20,000 bases of DNA from an uncultured virus (IMG/VR IMGVR_UViG_3300020219_000001) (lineage: Duplodnaviria > Heunggongvirae > Uroviricota > Caudoviricetes), in IMG/VR virus record IMGVR_UViG_3300020219_000001. The stretch is one strand, 5' to 3'. Below the pieces are notes generated by a model. It had not been told where the DNA came from. It made no database searches and saw nothing but the letters and a program-made list of their open reading frames with translations. Shown piece by piece: positions 1 through 8,616 of the stretch (its first letter is position 1; every line of letters starts with the position of its first letter). A program made the translations under genes and the position numbers.

Positions 1-324
1 CAGCGGCAAAAGGGCGCGGAAGCTCGACGCATCCGCCATGAAGACCTCAAGGGGCTGAGGACTTGGCTCGACGCCGAGGGCTGGGACGTGATCTTCAACG
101 AGTACAACGAACTCGAAGTCCGTGGCCGTAAGAGCCAGACGGCCCCACGTCCGTCGCTTGGCACATTGGATAACCTCAGCGTTCCGAACAAGGACGGGAG
201 TTATCGTAGACTCGACGCCGGGAAGGACGGAGTGAAGTCGATCGAGATTGTCTCTTACGGCTTCGCTGAAGCAGACCCAGAATTTGTAATCGTCTACGAC
301 GATGGTCGAATGGAGAGCGTGTAA
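1..324 (+). CDS. hypothetical protein, 5' partial
   Basis: Frame 1 is open from base 1 to TAA 322-324, which overlaps the next ATG (TAATG). Confidence 0.7.
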   Translation, partial: QRQKGAEARRIRHEDLKGLRTWLDAEGWDVIFNEYNELEVRGRKSQTAPRPSLGTLDNLSVPNKDGSYRRLDAGKDGVKSIEIVSYGFAEADPEFVIVYDDGRMESV

Positions 325-779
325 TGGGCTACAGCACAGAATTCAAAGGTCAGTTCGACCTCGACGTTCGCCTACCTCGCGAGTACGAGGACCGTCTCCT
401 ACTGCTCCAGGACCAGGACACTCGCGATCTCGACGACGATGAGGATTACCCTGGCTACTTCTGTCAGTGGATTCTCAGCAAGGATCGGATGCACCTGCGG
501 TGGGACCTTGGCGAGAAGTTCAACGACTACGCCGAGTGGCTCCAGTGGATCATCGACGAGATTTGCACGCCAGCCGGTGTGCTGCTCACGGGTCGAGTTG
601 AGTACCAGGGCGACGACGTGGGCGACCACGGCTTCCTTGTAATCAAGGACGGTCAAGTCGAACGGACACAGTGCCCGCTCGTGAACGACACGTTCGACGA
701 ACTCCTCGCGTTCCGCGACTTCGTCCTGCGGTCGGACTACGCCGACGACATCGCAACCGCTTGGAGACGCCGCCGATGA
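324..779 (+). CDS. conserved phage hypothetical protein
   Basis: MGYSTEFKG...CQW...WDLGEKFNDYAEWLQW...GRVEYQGDD pattern resembles a widespread phage family; coupled to neighbours at both ends. Confidence 0.8.
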   Translation: MGYSTEFKGQFDLDVRLPREYEDRLLLLQDQDTRDLDDDEDYPGYFCQWILSKDRMHLRWDLGEKFNDYAEWLQWIIDEICTPAGVLLTGRVEYQGDDVGDHGFLVIKDGQVERTQCPLVNDTFDELLAFRDFVLRSDYADDIATAWRRRR

Positions 780-1414
780 AGTTGGCCGGTGAAAAGCCGA
801 TCGTGGGCGAGACCTACATGGTGCCGTGCTTTGCCGGTACCCCCGTCGTAGGTGAGACCCACACGGACAACAGCCACTTCGTCCACGGTAAGGAGCACTA
901 CCACTGTGACTCACGCTTCGTTGAAAGCGAGACGCAAGACCAGTGTGGTGTGATGCTACACCTGAACCCAGACGCGAAGCTCACTATGGAGCCTCGCGTC
1001 TGCATTCGAGACACGCCCGTTCGCCCTGACAACCCAGCAGCCTGGCTCGCAAAGGCGGCCTTGTACCTGGACTACGGGCACTGCCGAGTGGTGAATGGCC
1101 GGTGCCCACACAAGGGTATGCCGATCCAGAACGGCGTGTGCTCCGGACACCGGATGAGGTTTGTGGGCGATCGACCGAAGCACAAGGGGCCGATCACGCT
1201 ACGCATTCGCGGTACCAAGAACGAGATCGTAGTCACGCAAACGTCCGAGATGGACGAGATGCCGATTCCGATCACTGAACGCTTTGTCGGCAACGTCATG
1301 CTGGAATTCATCGACAACAAGGGAGAGCTAATCTCCGAGCGTCCGTTCGGCTACTGGACTCTGGAGCCGGGCGAAACTCTTACCATCAGACCTGAAGAGA
1401 GGAACAGCTATTGA
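776..1414 (+). CDS. Rieske-like [2Fe-2S] motif protein
   Basis: ATGA overlap at 776-779 gives the start MKLAGE; contains GRCPHKG...VCSGHRMRF (CxH...CxxH). Confidence 0.6.
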   Translation: MKLAGEKPIVGETYMVPCFAGTPVVGETHTDNSHFVHGKEHYHCDSRFVESETQDQCGVMLHLNPDAKLTMEPRVCIRDTPVRPDNPAAWLAKAALYLDYGHCRVVNGRCPHKGMPIQNGVCSGHRMRFVGDRPKHKGPITLRIRGTKNEIVVTQTSEMDEMPIPITERFVGNVMLEFIDNKGELISERPFGYWTLEPGETLTIRPEERNSY

Positions 1415-1989
1415 GCGGCATCGACAGCTTTGAACAGATCAACGGCCGACTCAACAACACGGTCTTGATCGCGGCCCGCTGTGCCTTCGAGGCACACGAC
1501 GGCCAGCTTCGCAAATACAGCAACCGACCGTACATCGAACACCCGATGCGTGTCGCCGGCAGAGTGAGCCTGCTGCCCGAGACCAGAGATTGGATCGTGG
1601 CCGCGGCCTGGCTCCACGACGTGCTCGAAGACACCGCGGTGACCGAGGATGACATCTTCTGCAAGTGGAAGCTACCACGGGTAACCATCGACCTGGTCAA
1701 GGAACTGACCAACCCGTCCAAGGGACTGAACCTTCCGCGAGAAGAGCGGAAGAAGATGGACCGCGAGCATCTGTACCACGCCAGCGAGTGGGCAAAGCGA
1801 CTCAAGCTCATCGACCGGATCGACAACATCCGCGACATGACGGGCGCTGAGAAGGGATGGAAGCACAAGTACGCCGAGGAGACCATGCTGCTCCTTAGTT
1901 CGTTGCTCGACATCCGTGACCGTGTGAACAAAATCCTCTACCTCGAACTCTGCCGAGAGATCGAGACCCTTATCCGGAGTGCCGCATGA
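1411..1989 (+). CDS. HD-domain hydrolase, Mesh1/small alarmone ((p)ppGpp) hydrolase-like
   Basis: Motifs AHDGQLRK, PYIEHPMRVA, AAWLHDVLEDT, LVKELT and KLIDRIDN match the RelA/SpoT hydrolase domain. Confidence 0.85.
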   Translation: MSGIDSFEQINGRLNNTVLIAARCAFEAHDGQLRKYSNRPYIEHPMRVAGRVSLLPETRDWIVAAAWLHDVLEDTAVTEDDIFCKWKLPRVTIDLVKELTNPSKGLNLPREERKKMDREHLYHASEWAKRLKLIDRIDNIRDMTGAEKGWKHKYAEETMLLLSSLLDIRDRVNKILYLELCREIETLIRSAA

Positions 1990-2336
1990 GCAGCGCGAAG
2001 ATCAGACTGAAGAACGGCGTTTGCACGGTCCACATCGGTGGTCACGTGTTGCCAGGCACAGTGAACGCGAAGATTTACTTCGAGGTCCAACTGTCCACGG
2101 CGAAGTTCAAACCGATCGGCGAAGCCGAGCTTGAACTAGGAGTGAACCTGAAGCGGAAGAAGAACGGTTTCTACCTTGGAACTGATCTCTTCTGCTCACT
2201 GCCGAAGGATGACGACTTCGACCATATCGAGCGTCGTCTGAAGAAGATTGTCCAGTTGATCTACGAACGTGGCTGGGAGCTTCGTTGCGCCAAGCAGGTT
2301 TACGGCTCGCAGCCGGAAGTGGGGATCGAAGGATGA
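1986..2336 (+). CDS. hypothetical protein
   Basis: 116 aa ORF with ATGA overlaps on both sides. Confidence 0.7.
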   Translation: MSSAKIRLKNGVCTVHIGGHVLPGTVNAKIYFEVQLSTAKFKPIGEAELELGVNLKRKKNGFYLGTDLFCSLPKDDDFDHIERRLKKIVQLIYERGWELRCAKQVYGSQPEVGIEG

Positions 2337-2545
2337 GGCACCACTTGAACGAACGCCAAGCCGAGTACGAAGCCCTGATTGCTGAAGCCCGGACGAAAGC
2401 GATCGGCATGTTCACGCTCGACGACCTGGAGTTCCTCCAGGAGAAGTTCAGCGGTCGCTTCGCCGGCCTTGTCCTGCTCGAACAGATGGACAAGTTCTAT
2501 TCCGAGTCCCGCATCACCCGACTCAAGAAGTTGTTACACCGATGA
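2333..2545 (+). CDS. hypothetical protein
   Basis: Start MRHHLN at the ATGA overlap 2333-2336; ends overlapping the next ATG. Confidence 0.7.
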   Translation: MRHHLNERQAEYEALIAEARTKAIGMFTLDDLEFLQEKFSGRFAGLVLLEQMDKFYSESRITRLKKLLHR

Positions 2546-2826
2546 TCGAAGTATCCAAAGACGGCATCATGTTCCGGGATAGCAAGGGGCGGTCGGCCTG
2601 GGTCGATATGCCGCTCAACGGTGGCATGATCCATGACATCGTTCACACGACAATCCATGAGCAACGCACGTTGCTCCGTGACGCCGCGATTAACCTCGCT
2701 GGTGAGATGACCTACCACGCCGGTATCGTCGAGGACCCGTTCATGTGCATCATGGAGGCGCTTGGCTGCCCTTGGGATGGCGAACCGAATACGCACACGG
2801 CCGCGGCCGAGGCGGTGAAGCTGTGA
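2542..2826 (+). CDS. hypothetical protein (similar to next gene)
   Basis: Coupled ORF; shares an EQRxLLR segment with 2823-3092. Confidence 0.7.
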   Translation: MIEVSKDGIMFRDSKGRSAWVDMPLNGGMIHDIVHTTIHEQRTLLRDAAINLAGEMTYHAGIVEDPFMCIMEALGCPWDGEPNTHTAAAEAVKL

Positions 2827-3092
2827 TCCAAATGGATGGAAACTGGCTCGTCGCCGACTACCAAGGACTATCGACACGTGTCGAGTTGCCAGAAGGTAAA
2901 GCCGAGATTGTTGCAGCAGCTATCAAGGAGCAGCGGTCGCTGCTTCGACAGATCGCAATGATCGTCGGTCTGCGGTTGTCACCCAGCGACAACGTATCGG
3001 GCACGATTTACGACTACGCCATCCATCTTCTCGGTGTGCGGAAGACGGACCACAAAGACCCCTTCGACCTAGCACAGCAGATCAAACCATGA
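2823..3092 (+). CDS. hypothetical protein (similar to previous gene)
   Basis: GTGA overlap at 2823-2826 (alternative ATG at 2832). Confidence 0.7.
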   Translation: MIQMDGNWLVADYQGLSTRVELPEGKAEIVAAAIKEQRSLLRQIAMIVGLRLSPSDNVSGTIYDYAIHLLGVRKTDHKDPFDLAQQIKP

Positions 3093-3196
3093 CCCACATC
3101 CCTGAAGAAGGCCCGATCGAGCGCTTCGTTGTGCGTTCGTTCTGGGTGATCGTATTCCTGATGGCGGTGCATGGCACCTTGGAGTTGTTCCGATGA
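3089..3196 (+). CDS. small membrane peptide (35 aa)
   Basis: Not in the ORF track. MTHIPEEGPIERFVVRSFWVIVFLMAVHGTLELFR fills the gap exactly, with ATGA overlaps at both ends and a hydrophobic core. Confidence 0.65.
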   Translation: MTHIPEEGPIERFVVRSFWVIVFLMAVHGTLELFR

Positions 3197-3522
3197 ACGC
3201 AAGCGACCTTGCAAAGCTGTCCGACGAACGCGCAATGATCCTCCAGCAAGAGGCGGAAGCTCAGCGAGCCAGGGAAGAGGTTCGCAAAGAAGAGCACCAC
3301 GTCCGCCGCATTGCGCAGATCAGGAAGGAAATGACCGACGCCGCTATGGAAGGTAAGAAGTCCATCGAAACGAACGTCGCTTACAGCGACCAAAGCGAAC
3401 GCATTCTCGCGGAGCTACAGGCTGAAGGGTTCAAGGCTAGCGTCGAGTCGAGAAGCATTAGCGACGGTGGCTGTCGAGGAAACCCGTTCTCCGTTTTCCG
3501 CATCACATGGTACCACGAATGA
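3193..3522 (+). CDS. hypothetical protein
   Basis: Coupled ORF with a helical, charged N-terminus. Confidence 0.7.
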   Translation: MNASDLAKLSDERAMILQQEAEAQRAREEVRKEEHHVRRIAQIRKEMTDAAMEGKKSIETNVAYSDQSERILAELQAEGFKASVESRSISDGGCRGNPFSVFRITWYHE

Positions 3523-3830
3523 GATACGCCCACGGTGAGGAGAGCTTCAAGTTCTTGGAATCCCAAGGCTGGAAGTACGACTGCAACGACATCTTCATGC
3601 ACCTTGGCGGCGAATACCGAGAGAACCTCCGTGCCGATGCACTGTGGTTGGAGATCGTGAAGCTTCGCCAAGCCCTGAAGGAGATCGCAGTCGAGTCCGC
3701 CCCCTACATGGGCTGCTGTGACGCCGGCTGTACGCTGCATGAAGTCAACGAGATGGCACTCGCGGCACTCGGCGTCGATGTATCGAGTATCGTCAACCAC
3801 GAAGAGGCCGCGGCTGCGGTAATCGTTTGA
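3519..3830 (+). CDS. hypothetical protein
   Basis: Start MRYAHG at the ATGA overlap 3519-3522. Confidence 0.7.
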   Translation: MRYAHGEESFKFLESQGWKYDCNDIFMHLGGEYRENLRADALWLEIVKLRQALKEIAVESAPYMGCCDAGCTLHEVNEMALAALGVDVSSIVNHEEAAAAVIV

Positions 3831-4303
3831 TCGACCAATACTACATCGACAAGGGCACGCTGGCCGGACTGATCCGGAGACTCCCGGAGTATGTCAGCGA
3901 CCCCGACGACTACAACGACTACCTGATGGCGCTACTGGAGCTTCAGGAGCGGATGACGCTCCCGCAGCCGGCCTTCATCGTCAGCAGTGGGCATTACGAC
4001 GCATACACCGTGGCCGTCGTCTCCACCAAAGAGCGAGCGGACGAGATTGCCGAGATCATGCCGGAAGCCCAGGTCCATCCGTGGACCCTCGACAGGTTCG
4101 AGAAGCCGACCCGTTGGCGAGTCACGATTTCATTCCGGTGGGAGGGTGACCCGATCCCGTATCCGCTGGAGTCTTTCATGGACTGGTACGAGAGCGGAGT
4201 CGAGATCGACAACTACCACTTCACATGGATCGGTGAAGCGAGGACGTGGAAGGAAGCCGTTGACAAAGCCCGTGAAGCAAAAGACACCCTTTACCTGAGG
4301 TAA
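3827..4303 (+). CDS. hypothetical protein
   Basis: TTGA overlap start; 158 aa with GC3-rich codons. Confidence 0.7.
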   Translation: MIDQYYIDKGTLAGLIRRLPEYVSDPDDYNDYLMALLELQERMTLPQPAFIVSSGHYDAYTVAVVSTKERADEIAEIMPEAQVHPWTLDRFEKPTRWRVTISFRWEGDPIPYPLESFMDWYESGVEIDNYHFTWIGEARTWKEAVDKAREAKDTLYLR

Positions 4304-4307
4304 CACC

Positions 4308-4490
4308 ATGCGTGCGTTTAACTCGTTCCAACTCGTCAGCCTGTTTGCTGGCACCCCGTTCCTACTGGCCTGGGTAGCGACGGCTACGTTCCCGTATGCC
4401 CCGGCCGCGTTCTGGGCGGTGATCGTCGCCTACGTGATCCAGTTCGGCTTCCTCTGGTACTCGGTCTGGGAATCAATGGAGAAGCGCTAA
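4308..4490 (+). CDS. small membrane protein (2 TM)
   Basis: GAGGT upstream; two hydrophobic segments. Confidence 0.7.
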   Translation: MRAFNSFQLVSLFAGTPFLLAWVATATFPYAPAAFWAVIVAYVIQFGFLWYSVWESMEKR

Positions 4491-4783
4491 TGCTCTTCGG
4501 GCAACAGTGGCACCCGGACTACCCGACGCAGCTTGACGCTCCCCTCTGTAGTCTGCTGATCCTGGCAGACCATGACAAGAAGGGCAGCGTCACTTTCTCG
4601 GAGGACATGGACTCCGACGACGCGAAGATCAAGGTCACCATCGACGGCGAGGTGATCGGCGACTACACCCTGGCGACCATCAAGAGGCGACTCCGTGGAA
4701 CTAAGAAACGTAAAGCTCCAAGTCAACGGAGTCGAAGCGTCCGTTACCGACATTCAAGCACCAAAGGATACGACCACGGGTAA
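4490..4783 (+). CDS. hypothetical protein
   Basis: TAATG overlap start; the 3' end overlaps the next ORF by 89 nt. Confidence 0.6.
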   Translation: MLFGQQWHPDYPTQLDAPLCSLLILADHDKKGSVTFSEDMDSDDAKIKVTIDGEVIGDYTLATIKRRLRGTKKRKAPSQRSRSVRYRHSSTKGYDHG

Positions 4784-4904
4784 CGTGGAGATCGTGATCC
4801 CCTGGACCAAGGGCAACATGCGAGAAGCTCGCCGTGCCCACCGTGAACGCGAGCTAGCACGCCGGGACTTCTGGAAGAAGAAGATCGAGGAGTGGACGCA
4901 ATGA
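4695..4904 (+). CDS. hypothetical protein
   Basis: GTG start preceded by GAGG; ends at an ATGA overlap. Confidence 0.6.
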   Translation: MELRNVKLQVNGVEASVTDIQAPKDTTTGNVEIVIPWTKGNMREARRAHRERELARRDFWKKKIEEWTQ

Positions 4905-5149
4905 TCGTCGCGGCCTTAACGCCTGAGTGCCCTACCTCTTACATGCTCAACGCAGACATGCTTGGTGGCGCTATCGCCCAAGGGCTGAAGGACTGCGAGA
5001 TCAAGGGCGTCACGAAGGACTGTGACATCATCGTGCATCACGACCGTGGACAAGTGCTCCGGCGGCCGAGCGGGCATTACAAGGTGACGATCGACTACTT
5101 CGATCCACACGTCGCCAAGATCAATCGAGAGGGAGGGCTAGCATATTGA
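4901..5149 (+). CDS. hypothetical protein
   Basis: ATGA overlap start, GAGGAG upstream. Confidence 0.65.
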   Translation: MIVAALTPECPTSYMLNADMLGGAIAQGLKDCEIKGVTKDCDIIVHHDRGQVLRRPSGHYKVTIDYFDPHVAKINREGGLAY

Positions 5150-5505
5150 CCGACAGCTACATCCAGATGCCCGCGGTCGAGCTTCAGCGTGTGATTGGAG
5201 ACCGCTTCAGTGAACTCCATAAGCGCCGCGAACAAGCCTGGGAGCGAGTCATCACAAAGTGGACCTCCGACTGGAAGTGGAAGGTCCGCGGGTTCATCTA
5301 CCGATTGATGCGCTGCCGGCTTCCGCAGACCTTCGAGGAGTGCAAGCAGCACTACCGAGACCTCGCACCCTACAACGGCCTCGGCACACCTGACAACCAC
5401 GGTTGGCAGGAACAGGCTGTCCTGGACAGCTTGTATCTGATGGCCTGCCGCGGCCACGACGTTTACGTTTCAGCTTCCGACTACCGATACCTGGTGAAGA
5501 AATAA
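5146..5505 (+). CDS. hypothetical protein
   Basis: TTGA overlap start with GGAGG upstream; stop overlaps the thyX ATG. Confidence 0.7.
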   Translation: MTDSYIQMPAVELQRVIGDRFSELHKRREQAWERVITKWTSDWKWKVRGFIYRLMRCRLPQTFEECKQHYRDLAPYNGLGTPDNHGWQEQAVLDSLYLMACRGHDVYVSASDYRYLVKK

Positions 5506-6500
5506 TGTGCATTGACCAACGCATCATCGACACGCCGCTCCATAGCGAAGAGATGAAGGGACTCCTGAACCTCGTCATCGAGCGGGGCGAAGGCCGCCTC
5601 ATCGAATGCCTGGACGACGGCTTCATCCGCCTGGTGGACAAGATGGGCAGCGACGAGTCCGTGACTCGTGCCGCCCGGGTGAGCTATGGCGCTGGCACTC
5701 GCAAGGTGTCCGACGATCGCAACCTGATCCGGTACCTGATGAGGCACAATCACACGACGCCGTTCGAGATGGTGGAGTTCGTCTTCCACGTGCGGTGCCC
5801 GATTGATGTCTTCCGCCAGTGGATTCGCCACCGTACCGCCAGCGTCAACGAGTACAGTACGCGGTACTCCGAAGCGATCGACAGCATGGCGACGGCCGAG
5901 ACGTGGCGCTCGCAGGCCACGAACAACAAGCAGGGGTCCAACGGCCTGGTCGGCGACGAGTGGCCCGAGGGCTACGAGGTCAAGAGCACCGAGAAGCCTG
6001 GTGAATGGGTGGTCTCGTACCCGAACGGTGTGTGGTACGCATCCGACCGCGAGGCCCCGCCGACGCCGACCGAGTTCCTCACGCAACAGGAGATCGGCAT
6101 CCACAAGCACCTCAAGCGGGTCTACGACGACCGCTTGAAGTTCGGTGTCGCCCGCGAGCAGGCCCGGAAGGACCTGCCCATGAGCAACTACACCGAGGCG
6201 TACTGGAAGTGTGATCTGAAGAACCTGCTCGGCTTCCTGCGCTTACGCATGGACAGCCACGCACAGCTTGAGATTCGCACGTTTGCCAATGCGATGTACG
6301 AATTCATCAAGCCGCACGTGCCCGCCGTGGCTGAAGCCTTCGAGGACTACGTCCTGAACGCGATCACGTTGACTGGGCCGGAGATCGCTGAGCTTTACTC
6401 ACGACTCACCGGTAACGCCGTGGTCGGCAAGGTGATGAGTGACCGTGAGCGACAGGAATTCGTGGCCAAGTGTTCGCGCTTAGGAGTCTCCAATGCTTGA
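5505..6500 (+). CDS. thyX: FAD-dependent thymidylate synthase
   Basis: AARVSY, HTTPFE, RQWIRHRTASVNEYSTRY (ThyX signature), AREQARKDLP, LRMDSHAQLEIR; start at the TAATG overlap. Confidence 0.95.
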   Translation: MCIDQRIIDTPLHSEEMKGLLNLVIERGEGRLIECLDDGFIRLVDKMGSDESVTRAARVSYGAGTRKVSDDRNLIRYLMRHNHTTPFEMVEFVFHVRCPIDVFRQWIRHRTASVNEYSTRYSEAIDSMATAETWRSQATNNKQGSNGLVGDEWPEGYEVKSTEKPGEWVVSYPNGVWYASDREAPPTPTEFLTQQEIGIHKHLKRVYDDRLKFGVAREQARKDLPMSNYTEAYWKCDLKNLLGFLRLRMDSHAQLEIRTFANAMYEFIKPHVPAVAEAFEDYVLNAITLTGPEIAELYSRLTGNAVVGKVMSDRERQEFVAKCSRLGVSNA

Positions 6501-6513
6501 CGACGACCAGCTT

Positions 6514-7083
6514 CTACTCGACATCATGGACCTGTTCGCAGAGGTTGCCTGTTTTCTTGGCCAGCCGAGGAGCCTGGTAACACTCCTCTAACGGGTTGAG
6601 CCTGAGCAGCGAGCCGCGATAGGCCGCTGAGATCAACCCGTGAAGTGTCTTCTGCTCCAAGCGGACCTTCAGCCCACGAACCCGGCCGTCGATGGTGGAC
6701 GTTGAACGATCCATCTCGACGGCTATTTCGTTGATGCCCTTGTCGGCCGCGAGCAGCCGAAGTATTTCGATGTCCTGGTCCGTGAACTCGTTGAAGCACA
6801 CCGGTAGAAGTTGATTGACGGACAGTGCGGCTATACCTGGTAACTCAACTGGGAATAAGAAGGTGCGCGACCAGACCTGGCCTCTCCGCGGTGAGTCCCA
6901 CCTGGAAATGAACTCGACCCGATGACCACGAAGTACGGCATCGGCAAGACGCGCTTCGGCGCTTACGCGATCCTCCTCAACGGCAAACTCTGCCAACTTT
7001 GAGTTGAGCGCGAAGTTGTCCTTGTCCGAGGTCCAGATGATCCGGGCGCGGTGATCCAACAGCTTGATGAAATGACTCTCCAT
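6514..7083 (-). CDS. LuxR-family HTH regulator with PAS-like N-terminal domain
   Basis: FTDQDIEILRLLAADKGINEIAVEMDRSTSTIDGRVRGLKVRL fits the LuxR/GerE HTH; AAGGAG lies upstream of the ATG. PAS assignment is by eye. Confidence 0.75.
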   Translation of the reverse strand: MESHFIKLLDHRARIIWTSDKDNFALNSKLAEFAVEEDRVSAEARLADAVLRGHRVEFISRWDSPRRGQVWSRTFLFPVELPGIAALSVNQLLPVCFNEFTDQDIEILRLLAADKGINEIAVEMDRSTSTIDGRVRGLKVRLEQKTLHGLISAAYRGSLLRLNPLEECYQAPRLAKKTGNLCEQVHDVE

Positions 7084-7409
7084 CGTGGGCCGACTCCTTG
7101 CCTTGAGAGCTTGTGCTTCCGCCGCCTAAAGCAGTGGCTTTGCCCCTTCGGGTGCTAGTGGAAGAATCAAGTCACTCAGGTGGGTGGCTCTGAAACGACC
7201 ATTAACATTTTTAATCTTCGGACGCTCAAGTCCGCTTCGCCCCTTTGAATCTGACGGCATGACTGGCCCGCAATAGCGGCAAAAGCTACCGGTTGTAGAC
7301 ATTGAGCACAAAGGGCCTGACCACAACGGCCCAGGAGGTGGGGTGCTCTCCCACCCTCCCGAGTATTGGTCGAAATCTCGTGGTGGAACCGGACACAGAA
7401 TCCGGAGAA

Positions 7410-7496
7410 TCCCGATCGGGAACAATCCAGGACTTCATGGCCTCTCTAAGGCCCTCCTGGTGCTCGACAACAGCGTCCTGATCCCGATCGGGATCA
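7410..7496. promoter_or_regulatory. pair of palindromes, candidate operators
   Basis: TCCCGATCGGGA (7410-7421) and TGATCCCGATCGGGATCA (7479-7496, perfect 18 bp). Confidence 0.4.
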
Positions 7497-7689
7497 ACGC
7501 TCGTCCGCGGCCGCCGCTCTCGGCGCTGCGATCGCCGGCTCTCGCCCGGCCCCGGCCCACACGACCACATGACACCATCAAACCGGTCTAGTTGGAGTCG
7601 GACCCTCCCGGCTGACCTCCGGCACCCCGGGGCGCTGATCCAGAGACCCCGCCCTAGAACCACTTTATTCGGACCTAGTCACTTCGCGT

Positions 7690-7718
7690 TTGACTTCGTA
7701 GTAACTTGGTACATACTT
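7690..7718 (+). promoter_or_regulatory. repeated sigma70-like promoter P1
   Basis: TTGACT tcgtagtaacttggta CATACT T. Confidence 0.8.
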
Positions 7719-7751
7719 TCATTAGTCAACCAAGGCCACGGGGTAGCAACG

Positions 7752-8147
7752 ATGGACATCGAATACGACAAGCACGGCAACATTAAGCTGCCGCGCTTCC
7801 CGAAGAACTACAAGTTTCGCGGGCCGGAATACTACGGCTGCTGTGGAACTGGACGCCGCCCGACGATCTTGAATTGTGGTGGAACGGAACGCTTCATTGT
7901 CGGTGCCGAGTCCGACGTTGAGCAGCTACGCCTTGAGGCGTACCGATCCAAGAAGCGAACCATCCGCAAGGGCAACGCCGTGGTCTACGTCTTTAAGACT
8001 CGGCAACCGGCCGTCGCGAAGTGGACGGAACTGTGCAAGGCCGTGACGAAGTGGAACGAAGATACCCGCAACAAACACAAGGCCGACCTGGAAGCCGCGC
8101 GTCGCGGCGATACAGCGGCGGCCGGCCGACTTGGAGACTACTGCTAA
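7752..8147 (+). CDS. hypothetical basic protein
   Basis: Start MDIEYD follows P1 and the leader ACGGGGTAGCAACG. Confidence 0.75.
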   Translation: MDIEYDKHGNIKLPRFPKNYKFRGPEYYGCCGTGRRPTILNCGGTERFIVGAESDVEQLRLEAYRSKKRTIRKGNAVVYVFKTRQPAVAKWTELCKAVTKWNEDTRNKHKADLEAARRGDTAAAGRLGDYC

Positions 8148-8374
8148 TGGTCACGAAGGAACAAGCCGCCGCCGCCATCCGAGTCGTGCAAGCCGTCGCG
8201 GAAGCCATCCGCGAAGCCGGGGAGATTCCCGCCGGCCACTTGTACGCCTTGATGATGAACGTCACTGATCTTGCCGGATTCGACCGCATTGTGGGCTTGC
8301 TGATCGACGCTGGCGTCGTGCTGAAGAAAGGGGACCTCCTGGTATGGCAACAGCCACAACCAAGCTGTGGGTAA
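8147..8374 (+). CDS. hypothetical protein, possibly winged-helix
   Basis: TAATG overlap; three predicted helices then a beta hairpin (LIDAGVVLKKGDLLVW). Confidence 0.6.
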   Translation: MVTKEQAAAAIRVVQAVAEAIREAGEIPAGHLYALMMNVTDLAGFDRIVGLLIDAGVVLKKGDLLVWQQPQPSCG

Positions 8375-8616
8375 GCGTTGGGCAGGCTGGCGACTACGAA
8401 CCGTTCGATACGCTGGCCGACGCCGCCAAGTACATGAACAGCCTTAGCGTCGGCAAGCCGACCGGGTGGAAGTTCGGCGGGTTTGATACGCCGAACTTCT
8501 GGGGCAACGACTACGTTTCGATCTATCACGGCGACGACGTGGGCGAATACGTCGAGCACCTCAGCGACGACGAACAATGCGAGATTTACAACCGCCTGGA
8601 GGAAGTCTACCTATGA
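8344..8616 (+). CDS. hypothetical acidic protein
   Basis: 90 aa ORF ending at an ATGA overlap. Confidence 0.7.
   Translation: MATATTKLWVSVGQAGDYEPFDTLADAAKYMNSLSVGKPTGWKFGGFDTPNFWGNDYVSIYHGDDVGEYVEHLSDDEQCEIYNRLEEVYL

Noticed and set aside
4490..4904. Programmed frameshift joining two overlapping ORFs
   Set aside because: No obvious slippery heptamer, and the second ORF has its own GAGG and GTG start.
5481..6214. Alternative-frame and antisense ORFs inside thyX, or an intein
   Set aside because: GC-rich shadow ORFs; the insertion is too short and lacks splicing motifs.
7126..7663. Several ORFs between the LuxR gene and P1
   Set aside because: Pro/Arg/Ser-rich with no coupling or recognisable motif; a small gene cannot be excluded.
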